A DNA stretch of 31,467 nt from a virus. Its lineage: Duplodnaviria; Caudoviricetes. Within the stretch, counting starts at the first letter, position 1. Each line of letters begins with the position of its first letter. The stretch lies in the IMG/VR virus record IMGVR_UViG_3300008003_000032, positions 1 to 31,467 of that record. One strand, written 5' to 3'. The position numbers were made by a program, and so were the translations under genes. Shown piece after piece: positions 23,864 to 31,467 of this stretch. Under the pieces are notes generated by a model. The model was given only the letters and a program-made list of their open reading frames with translations, was not told the DNA's origin and did not search any database.

Positions 23864-23893
23864 TTGACAAAAACAGATAGTTAATGCTATAAT
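23864..23893 (+). promoter_or_regulatory. sigma70-type promoter
   Basis: TTGACA-18nt-TATAAT with TGn, immediately before tRNA-Ser(GGA). Confidence 0.75.
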
Positions 23894-23901
23894 GTTATTA
23901 T

Positions 23902-23987
23902 AGAGAGTAATACTTGATGGTGATGGTCGCTGATTGGAAATCAGTTGGTGGGGGCGACTCCATGCGGTTCAATTCCGCTGCTCTCTG
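23902..23987 (+). tRNA. trnS: tRNA-Ser(GGA)
   Basis: AGAGAGT/GCTCTCT, GCTGA-TTGGAAA-TCAGT, long variable arm, G73, CCA not encoded. Confidence 0.82.
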
Positions 23988-24007
23988 CTCAGAAGGAAAA
24001 ACTAAAT

Positions 24008-24658
24008 TTGAAATATTATATCATATATAAAACAACTAATATTGTTAATGGTAAAATTTACATAGGCAAGCATATAACAAGAGACCTTAATGATAACTAT
24101 TTGGGATCAGGTACTGTGCTTAAAGCTGCATTGAAAAAATATGGCTTAGAAAATTTTAAAAAAGAAATACTTTTCATTTTAGATTCAGAAGAAGATATGA
24201 ATCTTAAAGAACGAGAAATAGTTAATTTTGATTTTTGTCTAAGAGAAGATAATTATAATATTAATCTTGGAGGTGGCGGCGGATTTGAATCATTAAATAA
24301 AATATACTGGGATAATGAAAAAAGAAAAATTCATTGTAGTAAAATATCTCCATTTAATAAATATGATTCCCTTGCTGATGAAATTAAAGAAAAAATCAAA
24401 AAAGGTAAGATATTAGGCGGCATTAATAGACGAAAAGCAGGGTATAAACCCACCAATAAACCCTCTATGTTGGGGAAGAAGCATACGATGGATTCTAGGA
24501 ATAAAATGTCATTGGCTCATTCCGGTGAGAATAATTCACAGTATGGATTAAAATGGATTACGAATGAAAAGGTTAATAAAAAAATTCATAAATTAGATCC
24601 AATACCTTCCGGCTGGACATACGGAAGAATAAATGGCAATGTCAAAATTCAAAAATGA
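24008..24658 (+). CDS. GIY-YIG homing endonuclease (Seg-like, NUMOD3)
   Basis: IYKTTNIVNGKIYIGKH, YLGSG, YNI..GG, GKKHT..R.KMS; TTG start after AAGGA. Confidence 0.9.
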   Translation: MKYYIIYKTTNIVNGKIYIGKHITRDLNDNYLGSGTVLKAALKKYGLENFKKEILFILDSEEDMNLKEREIVNFDFCLREDNYNINLGGGGGFESLNKIYWDNEKRKIHCSKISPFNKYDSLADEIKEKIKKGKILGGINRRKAGYKPTNKPSMLGKKHTMDSRNKMSLAHSGENNSQYGLKWITNEKVNKKIHKLDPIPSGWTYGRINGNVKIQK

Positions 24659-24694
24659 TTAAAATAAAGTATGAATTTATATTACGAGGTATAG

Positions 24695-25330
24695 ATGAAC
24701 ACCTTTGAATTTCTATCAAAAAAATTTGGGTTAAAGCCGAAAAGAAAAAGATATAATAATGTAATTTCAAAAGAAATAGACATTTCTAAACTAACACCCT
24801 TGGTAGAAGAAATTTACAATACTAAATTATTGGGGCTAACAATAGAGCAGTGGTATAGGGGCATATCTTTAACCGAATCAAATGAGAAGACCAACGATTG
24901 TATGAAATATACAAATATTATGCCATATGCTCGGCCAATTTTTAAGTTATTGAATGTACCACTAACGCCCATAATGAGCAGAGTAGGAGTATTATTTGGT
25001 GATAATAATTTTACAAGAGACGTTGGGTGGCATATAGATCAAGACTCATATGAAATGTTAAGAATTAACATACCTATAAAAACAAATGAAAATTTTGTTT
25101 TTCAGTTAGATAACCAACTGCCAAAACATTTAAAAATTAATAATATGTATTGGTGGGATACTGCCATCCCACATAGAGTTTTTTCTCTTATTAAAACCCC
25201 GGAAGTTAGGTTGCATTTAGTTCTTGGTTTTTCGCCATGGTTTGCGTATAATTATAATAATAAAGAATGGTCCCCCAATAAATTTTTTAATAAAGTGCAT
25301 CCTTTGGCAATTTTGAAAGAAACACGATAA
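24695..25330 (+). CDS. 2OG-Fe(II) oxygenase (aspartyl/asparaginyl beta-hydroxylase-like)
   Basis: WHID..RINIPIKTN..WDT..PH..R.HLV. Confidence 0.75.
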   Translation: MNTFEFLSKKFGLKPKRKRYNNVISKEIDISKLTPLVEEIYNTKLLGLTIEQWYRGISLTESNEKTNDCMKYTNIMPYARPIFKLLNVPLTPIMSRVGVLFGDNNFTRDVGWHIDQDSYEMLRINIPIKTNENFVFQLDNQLPKHLKINNMYWWDTAIPHRVFSLIKTPEVRLHLVLGFSPWFAYNYNNKEWSPNKFFNKVHPLAILKETR

Positions 25331-25590
25331 TGTACGATAAAAAAATATTTTTCAAAGATTGGGAAATCGAAATGCTAAGTTTCGATATAGTTAAAAAAAC
25401 TGTAAATTTTCAAGCCAGTCGGTCAAATTATAAAGAAAATTATATCTATAGAAAAGAAATAGAATTTATTTATGGTTTAGAAGAATTTCTTACCGCATTG
25501 CACAAGTTATCAGATAATTATGTGCCAAATAACAATCGTGATGAACTTAAAAAGTTTTTAAACAAATATAATTTTTTGACGGCAATATAA
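25330..25590 (+). CDS. hypothetical protein
   Basis: 86 aa, translationally coupled. Confidence 0.65.
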   Translation: MYDKKIFFKDWEIEMLSFDIVKKTVNFQASRSNYKENYIYRKEIEFIYGLEEFLTALHKLSDNYVPNNNRDELKKFLNKYNFLTAI

Positions 25591-25979
25591 TGATTAAATA
25601 TTCATTAAAATGTGAAGACAATCATTCTTTTGAAGGATGGTTTAAAAATTCAGAAGATTTTGATATACAAAAATCAAGCAACATGGTTTCTTGTCCCATA
25701 TGCAATTCGGTAAGTGTTGAAAAACAGGTAATGGCGCCCAACATTTCGCCAAGTAATCGAAAAGAAAATATTAAAAAACAAATATCCAAATTAAAAAAAT
25801 ATATAGATCAAAATTTTGAAAACGTTGGCGATAATTTTGCTGAAGAAATAATTGATATACACAATGGTTCCGCAGAAAATAGACCAATACAAGGTAAAAT
25901 TAACGCAGAAGATGCCAAAAAACTAAATGAGCTAGAACTACCGTACATGGTTATACCCAATTATAAAGAGGATGCATAA
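25590..25979 (+). CDS. DUF1178 family protein
   Basis: MIKYSLKC..HSFEGWF..CPIC..KQVMAPN..VGDNFAEE. Confidence 0.88.
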   Translation: MIKYSLKCEDNHSFEGWFKNSEDFDIQKSSNMVSCPICNSVSVEKQVMAPNISPSNRKENIKKQISKLKKYIDQNFENVGDNFAEEIIDIHNGSAENRPIQGKINAEDAKKLNELELPYMVIPNYKEDA

Positions 25980-26593
25980 TGGGTACCGACATTCATATCT
26001 ATTTTGAAAAATATCATGAAATTGAAACAGGCTCCGGTAATGTAAAAATTTGGACTCCGTATCCTACTAGGCCAAAATTAGATAGAAAATATTGGTATGA
26101 AGGGTTAACCATGGGTAAATCCAAAGTTATAAAAATCGAATCCGAAAAAGCAATGTTATTATTTGGGTGTAATGACGAAGAAGAAGCTTTAACCAAATTA
26201 GAACAATTTTATATTAACATGCCCATGGCTGAAGCTGAAATATTATTTGTTGATAACCCAAACGTAATACGCGATTGGGGTATTCCATACACGGTTAGAC
26301 GTAGGAATTATCAATTTTTTTCTGAACTCAACGGGGTACGAGCGTATGGCGATACCGCTAATTTTCCAATAGTTAATGATAATTGCGGATTACCGGTAGA
26401 CACATGTCGTGAAATCAAAAACGAATTCGTTCATGATGAAGGCGATGCACATACGCCCGGGTGGATTATGTTGGATGAATTATTTTTAAAATTACCCAAT
26501 TTTGATAATGTTGCGAATATAAAAGAATATATGGAGGATTTGGGCGAATACGAATACGAAAAAATTCGAATGGTCTTCTGGTATGATAATTAA
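25979..26593 (+). CDS. conserved phage hypothetical protein
   Basis: MGTDIH..RNY..F..L.GVR..GLP.D..RMVFWYDN. Confidence 0.75.
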   Translation: MGTDIHIYFEKYHEIETGSGNVKIWTPYPTRPKLDRKYWYEGLTMGKSKVIKIESEKAMLLFGCNDEEEALTKLEQFYINMPMAEAEILFVDNPNVIRDWGIPYTVRRRNYQFFSELNGVRAYGDTANFPIVNDNCGLPVDTCREIKNEFVHDEGDAHTPGWIMLDELFLKLPNFDNVANIKEYMEDLGEYEYEKIRMVFWYDN

Positions 26594-26647
26594 GTTGATT
26601 GACATTATTGAATAATATGTTATCCTTATAAGGTAACGGAGGATAAT

Positions 26648-27547
26648 ATGAAATTTGAAATTCCGGCCTTTGACGAAGTAGTTGTAGCATTATCTGGCGG
26701 CGCGGATAGTGTTGCTCTCCTTCATTATCTAGTTAAGAACTCTAACATTAAAATTCACGCTGTTCATATTAATCATAATATTCAAGAACACAGTTGTTCT
26801 TGGGTAAGTTTTTGCAAAAACATGTGTATTAGTCTTGGAGTAGAATTTACCGCAATCAATTTGCATCTTGATAAGAAAACAGAAAACGAAGCCCGTAATA
26901 AAAGATATGAAGCACTGAAATCGTTTGGGTTACCCATTTTTACGGGGCATCATGCGGATGATCAAACTGAAACATTTTTTCTAAAAATTATGCGAGGAGC
27001 CGGCGTTTCTGGTCTAAAATGTATGAAACAAATTGCTCAGCATAACGATTACACCATTGTTCGTCCCATGCTGGAAGTTCATAAAATTGATATTATCAAT
27101 TATTGCTATGATAACGGATTAGAGTTTGTTAAAGATCCGTCAAACGAAGCTAATTACTATGATCGAAATTATTTTAGAAATGAAGTATTAACTAAAATCG
27201 ATATTCGTTTTCCTGCTTTTAGAAAAGCTCTTTCAAAAAGTATTAAAAATATGCAAGATGCTGATGAATGTCTGCGTGATCTAGCCGACCTTGACTTGAT
27301 TTCGGTGATGGATAACGAATCTATCTCAATCGAACTAATTCGTGAAAAAAATATGAGCGAAGCTCGCATTAGAAATATGCTGGTATATTACATGCAAACC
27401 CATAATCTTACTTTAAATTGTGAAGAATTAGTTGCATTTTCTAAAAAAATCCTTACTATTAGTTATGACGGAAGATTGGAGCTAATTGGGCGTGGCAAAA
27501 CAATTAAAAAACTCAAACAGACAGGAAAAAGACTTTTTCTATATTAA
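26648..27547 (+). CDS. tilS: tRNA(Ile)-lysidine synthetase
   Basis: SGGADS PP-loop, GHHADDQTET, IVRPML, DPSN..RNYFR; own TTGACA promoter at 26599. Confidence 0.95.
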   Translation: MKFEIPAFDEVVVALSGGADSVALLHYLVKNSNIKIHAVHINHNIQEHSCSWVSFCKNMCISLGVEFTAINLHLDKKTENEARNKRYEALKSFGLPIFTGHHADDQTETFFLKIMRGAGVSGLKCMKQIAQHNDYTIVRPMLEVHKIDIINYCYDNGLEFVKDPSNEANYYDRNYFRNEVLTKIDIRFPAFRKALSKSIKNMQDADECLRDLADLDLISVMDNESISIELIREKNMSEARIRNMLVYYMQTHNLTLNCEELVAFSKKILTISYDGRLELIGRGKTIKKLKQTGKRLFLY

Positions 27548-27806
27548 TGATTATGGTTATTATACCATAAGAATAGACGCTACCAGAGATAAGACAATAG
27601 AAATGATTGATTATGCAGTTGCGCATTCACAAGGGTGTGTATATAAGCAGGATACAAAAATAGAATATGATGAGTGGATGGTGATTCGAGAATTTTGGAT
27701 TAAAAAAATAAGTCCAACTTCTTCATTTGGCGTTAGGTTAGGATTTTCTAATATGGCTGATGTCTTAACTTTTACTCTTAGATTTAAAGGATTTTCATAT
27801 GAGTAA
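27486..27806 (+). CDS. hypothetical protein (F-x4-DA-like family; start uncertain)
   Basis: C-terminal FSNMADVLTFTLRF. Confidence 0.55.
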   Translation: MGVAKQLKNSNRQEKDFFYINDYGYYTIRIDATRDKTIEMIDYAVAHSQGCVYKQDTKIEYDEWMVIREFWIKKISPTSSFGVRLGFSNMADVLTFTLRFKGFSYE

Positions 27807-28236
27807 AATTTCAAAATTTTACGAAAAAAAACGTAAAGCTGCTATTAAAATACCTTCAAAAGAAGAGCAAAAGCGTATGAGAGAAATTGAAGAATCCTGC
27901 GCTAGAGCAAGAGCGCGCAGAAAAAATATTGCATTGTTATCATTAGAAAAAGAACGTTTTCGTAGAGAATATTTTGCCACATTACGGCCAGATAATACCT
28001 CAAAAATTTATCCAAGTTTAATTGAAAATAAAGCAAATCCCGCCGTCACAGCAAAACGGGGTATTATTGAACAAAAAATAAAACTTAATTCAATGGATCC
28101 CGAAATGCGCGAACGAGAAGAACGAGCTATCAACGAAGCAATCAAAACTTCAAAAAGTGTGGCGCCGGCATACAATAAGGGCGGATATCAATTAATCAGT
28201 AGGTCGGATCTACATAGCATTGGGAAAAAATTATGA
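27799..28236 (+). CDS. conserved T4-like phage hypothetical protein
   Basis: VAPAYNKGGYQ motif. Confidence 0.75.
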   Translation: MSKISKFYEKKRKAAIKIPSKEEQKRMREIEESCARARARRKNIALLSLEKERFRREYFATLRPDNTSKIYPSLIENKANPAVTAKRGIIEQKIKLNSMDPEMREREERAINEAIKTSKSVAPAYNKGGYQLISRSDLHSIGKKL

Positions 28237-28883
28237 ATATTGAACATAAGATTAAAACGATTTTTAAACGATTCTATGAAATAGATCCGGAACCAAATAG
28301 GCCCCCCGAGAAAACACGCCAAGGCAGCGAATATAAAAGTTTGGTAAGTGTTGTATTAAGTGCCCAAACGCAGGACAAACGAACTGCTTTGGCTTCAAAA
28401 CAACTTTTTAATAAAATCAAAACACCTCAAGAATTATTAGAATTAAGCCATGAAGAACTAGTGGAATTAATACGACCTGTTGGAATGTATAATAATAAAG
28501 CAAAAAGTATTAGAAAAATGGCTGAATATTTAATTACCAACCATGAAGGCAAAGTACCAAATACAAGAGCAGAATTAATGAAAATTCCGGGTGTTGGGAG
28601 AAAAAGTACCGATATAATGATGCGTTTTGTATTTGATAGCGATGCTATTGCTGTTGATACTCATGTCAGACGTATTTGCTATCGGTTGGGCGTAAGTGAT
28701 AAAAATGAAGCAAACCATATAGCTGATATTTTAGAAAAATATACGCCCCAAGAATATAAATGGGGCGCACATGAATGGTTGATAGAATATGGTAAACAAG
28801 TTTGCTCAAGCCGCAAACCAAAATGCAGTTTTTGCATTTTTAACGACTTATGTTCAAAAAAGGGTGTGATTAATTTCCAGTAA
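28233..28883 (+). CDS. nth: endonuclease III (HhH-GPD glycosylase/AP lyase)
   Basis: VLSAQTQD, IPGVGRKS, AVDTHV.R, C-x6-C-x2-C-x5-C Fe-S motif. Confidence 0.95.
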   Translation: MNIEHKIKTIFKRFYEIDPEPNRPPEKTRQGSEYKSLVSVVLSAQTQDKRTALASKQLFNKIKTPQELLELSHEELVELIRPVGMYNNKAKSIRKMAEYLITNHEGKVPNTRAELMKIPGVGRKSTDIMMRFVFDSDAIAVDTHVRRICYRLGVSDKNEANHIADILEKYTPQEYKWGAHEWLIEYGKQVCSSRKPKCSFCIFNDLCSKKGVINFQ

Positions 28884-29214
28884 TTTGTAATTTGTCAGCG
28901 GTTGGGGCCGTATAATCCCATGGTTTGTCCTGGACTTCAAAAGTTTTTACCCTGTGTCCATGCAAACTTCTTACTGGAAATGTCATTGCCATATCATTAT
29001 CTGCTAGAACTCTAAATTGTCCTACTCCGTCCAAAGTTTCTACTATTTTGCATCTTACGGTATCAATCCCGTCTGATATAGTATATTCAATGTTGGAATG
29101 TTGTTTTACAATCCAGCCAGTAGTATTTAATCCTGTCAAATTACATTCTACGTTAATTTGAGTTCCCGGATTAGCAGGATTGCCAAAATTTCTTTTATTA
29201 AGCGGTCTTCCCAT
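28870..29214 (-). CDS. putative virion structural protein
   Basis: MGRPLNKRNFG start after AAGGAGA; ATAAATA late-type motif upstream. Confidence 0.65.
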   Translation of the reverse strand: MGRPLNKRNFGNPANPGTQINVECNLTGLNTTGWIVKQHSNIEYTISDGIDTVRCKIVETLDGVGQFRVLADNDMAMTFPVRSLHGHRVKTFEVQDKPWDYTAPTADKLQITGN

Positions 29215-29317
29215 CGATCTTCTCCTTATTTGGGTTGTATTATTATTTATCAAAGTCTTGACCTTATGGGTATTTTAGTTTATTTTACAGTTATTATATT
29301 AATTAGAGTGGTATATT

Positions 29318-29665
29318 ATGACGCAAAAAATCTGGGAATGTAAAATAGGTAGTATAAATATTAACCTACTACCGGATAGTGCTGATAATCCAATGCGTCG
29401 AGCCGTTGAAAAGGCATTTTTATCAACAGTAAAAAAAGAAAGTGATTTTTGTTTTTCTGGGTGGGGGGGACAGATAACCGAATCAGAGCTGGCGGCGATT
29501 GAATGTCGAGAACCCTGCGCTATCAAATCCGCTATTGAATTAATTGAACAATTTGAAATAGTCAATGAAGGTATATCCAAAATTAATAGACATAAAATAA
29601 ATGTAATAATAAAAGAATTAAAAGAAATCATATTAATAGAAAAATTAACGTATGGTTTTAAATGA
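29318..29665 (+). CDS. hypothetical protein
   Basis: IWECKIG..AD.PMR.AV..FSGWG. Confidence 0.7.
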   Translation: MTQKIWECKIGSININLLPDSADNPMRRAVEKAFLSTVKKESDFCFSGWGGQITESELAAIECREPCAIKSAIELIEQFEIVNEGISKINRHKINVIIKELKEIILIEKLTYGFK

Positions 29666-30141
29666 GAAATGTTATTACATTCACTAAGGTATGTTTACCG
29701 TATGGTTGGTTGGGAAATATGAGCCCCCACCCAGTAACCTACAAAGATATTAGATATCCAACTGCCGAACACTTGTTTCAGGCGTTAAGGTTTTCTGAAG
29801 ACCATATCATTCAAACAGAAATAATCAAACACAACTCACCAATGAGAGCAAAAATGATGTGCAAACCTTATTTAAACGAATGTATCATTGCACCTAGAAG
29901 TGAAAAAGACATTGAAAATATGTTAATGGTGTTATTATTAAAGATTGATACACATTTAGATTTGCGAGAAAAGTTAGCAAATACCAACGATGATATTATT
30001 ATAGAAGACGTAACTAAAAGGCCAAATGAATCCGGATTATATTGGGGCGCCGCATGGAATGGCACGGAATGGCATGGTACTAATATGTTGGGGCAATGTT
30101 GGATGAGTATTAGATCTCTCATTACAGGGGCTGTTAAATGA
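29662..30141 (+). CDS. NADAR (YbiA-like) family protein
   Basis: YGWLGNMS..YPTAEHLFQA.RF..IIED..YWG..G.N.LG..WM.IR. Confidence 0.88.
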   Translation: MRNVITFTKVCLPYGWLGNMSPHPVTYKDIRYPTAEHLFQALRFSEDHIIQTEIIKHNSPMRAKMMCKPYLNECIIAPRSEKDIENMLMVLLLKIDTHLDLREKLANTNDDIIIEDVTKRPNESGLYWGAAWNGTEWHGTNMLGQCWMSIRSLITGAVK

Positions 30142-30471
30142 ATTTTGTAGAATATTTAAAATTTGCATTTTCATCTTCATATAGAAGAAAATATATTGCA
30201 GACCGAGAAATGCGTATTATCGGCCATAGTGAAGTTAATTGGAATTTAGTGGGTGGCGACGGAAACAAAAATATTAAAATATTAAAATATTAAGTGTTCT
30301 TTTTTATGAAAACAATCCAGGAATTAGAGAGTATAAAGTTAATGTTCCGTAATATGATATAACATATTATTGGCCTAAATTAAAAGTGTTCATGAAGTTG
30401 AACTACGGAAAGCTTCCGGAATCAGACCCGATTGGTTTCAGGATATTTTACACAAAAAATTAATGTCATAG
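30138..30471 (+). pseudogene. disrupted hypothetical gene
   Basis: ATGA-coupled start; (AAAATATT)x3 at 30268-30291 shifts the frame; a further stop lies downstream. Confidence 0.55.
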
Positions 30472-30516
30472 TTTAAAATTGACTTGAATAATATTACCAT
30501 ATATAAATATATTATT

Positions 30517-30740
30517 GGAAGGTGACACCTCTTATTTGTGGAACAAAACTCCATATAGACAATGTGCCCCGGTACGCCAAAGAAATGCATACAATGCGTT
30601 TCTACAGGTCCTCAGAAGTACTAAATGCTCACGCCGATTGCAACGGTTAACGGGCAGATCAAAATAGACTACTAGACTACACTTCTTCTGCTTACAGAAG
30701 AATGATCAACTGCAATAGTGAAAAGAAGGAAGGGGCATTT
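30517..30740 (+). ncRNA. putative ~220-nt structured RNA
   Basis: no long ORF, raised GC, TGCCCC/GGGGCA long-range helix, hairpins at 30581-30603 and 30683-30702, promoter motifs at 30479-30509. Confidence 0.45.
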
Positions 30741-30809
30741 ATACAAGAAAATGCATGATTGAAAGCGGTGTTAAACCGGGCGGGGCTTCAATTTAATATA
30801 GGGAATAAA

Positions 30810-31070
30810 ATGTTTATTAAATTAAAACATGGAGAACATTGGCTATATAAACCAAGAAAAAAGAAATTAGGCATGAAACAAAAGTTTTCAAAACCCATGA
30901 TAGCATGGCTAAAGCAAAACATTTCATCATACCATATAATAAAGGATGGTCCTTTATCTGGTATTCTCATACAGGATGAGAATGAAGCGATGATTTTCAA
31001 ATTAACTTGGTTTTCTACAACCAAAAGTAATAGTATAATTACTTATATAAAAAAGTTAGGTAAATTTTAA
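30810..31070 (+). CDS. hypothetical protein (F-x4-DA-like family)
   Basis: AWLKQNI..QDENEAMIFKLTW; ATG 30810. Confidence 0.65.
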   Translation: MFIKLKHGEHWLYKPRKKKLGMKQKFSKPMIAWLKQNISSYHIIKDGPLSGILIQDENEAMIFKLTWFSTTKSNSIITYIKKLGKF

Positions 31071-31435
31071 TGAAAAAATACAAAACTGGCGATTTCGAAA
31101 ATAGGCCCTGGGGTAAATGGGAAGTTATTTCAGACGAAACGTACAATCCAAATTCCATAGTCAAACGTATTATAGTTTCCCCAAAACAACGATTAAGTCT
31201 ACAATATCATAATTTTAGGAATGAACATTGGTTTGTATCAAAAGGAATTATCAAAGCAACGGTTGGAGAAGAAACATTTGAGTTATCTTTTGGTCAAACC
31301 ATTCATATCCCTGTTGGTACTACGCATCGAATTGAAAACCCAAGTAATGAAGATGCAATAATAATTGAAATTCAATATGGCGATATATTAAATGAAAATG
31401 ATATTGTTAGAATACAGGATGATTACAATCGTTAA
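31070..31435 (+). CDS. mannose-6-phosphate isomerase type II C-terminal cupin protein
   Basis: RPWG..RLSLQYH..R.EHW..HRIEN..EIQYG..E.DIVR..DDY.R. Confidence 0.9.
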   Translation: MKKYKTGDFENRPWGKWEVISDETYNPNSIVKRIIVSPKQRLSLQYHNFRNEHWFVSKGIIKATVGEETFELSFGQTIHIPVGTTHRIENPSNEDAIIIEIQYGDILNENDIVRIQDDYNR

Positions 31436-31467
31436 TAAACAATCATTTGAGTAACTGCTGACCCGCC

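Noticed and set aside
1-31467. Ro60/Rsr or RtcB gene partnering the Y RNAs
   Set aside because: No ORF with TROVE/vWA or RtcB features was recognised in this window; it must be sought elsewhere in the genome or in the host.

Overview
AT-rich segment of a large (jumbo/T4-related) dsDNA phage genome. The host is probably an alphaproteobacterium (inferred from a tRNA-His without G-1:C73, a DUF1178 gene and a small Rhizobiales/Rhodobacterales-type protein). The first ~13.3 kb is a dispersed array of about 26 tRNA or pseudo-tRNA genes mixed with short ORFs and several structured non-coding RNAs; three more tRNAs lie further right. The right half carries a tail fibre and its chaperone, methyltransferase, GNAT-like protein, KTSC, SpeD, GIY-YIG endonuclease, 2OG-Fe(II) oxygenase, TilS, Nth, NADAR and a PMI-type cupin. 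The strongest unexplained signal is five copies of a Y-RNA-like carrier stem (AAGCCGAA..GGTTATCG // AAAACATC..CTTGCTT). Four copies enclose different circularly permuted tRNAs (3' half before 5' half) and one is empty. In two copies, joining the halves at the same motif boundaries rebuilds a near-canonical 74-76 nt cloverleaf. Also notable: a second ncRNA family closed by an ATATATTG/CAATGT helix (3 copies), Lys/Asn/Arg anticodons on long-variable-arm scaffolds while three Leu tRNAs have short arms, a tRNA-Val(AAC), and three paralogous membrane-anchored GAF-like (T4 holin T-like) proteins. All structures were folded by eye; no database searches were run.
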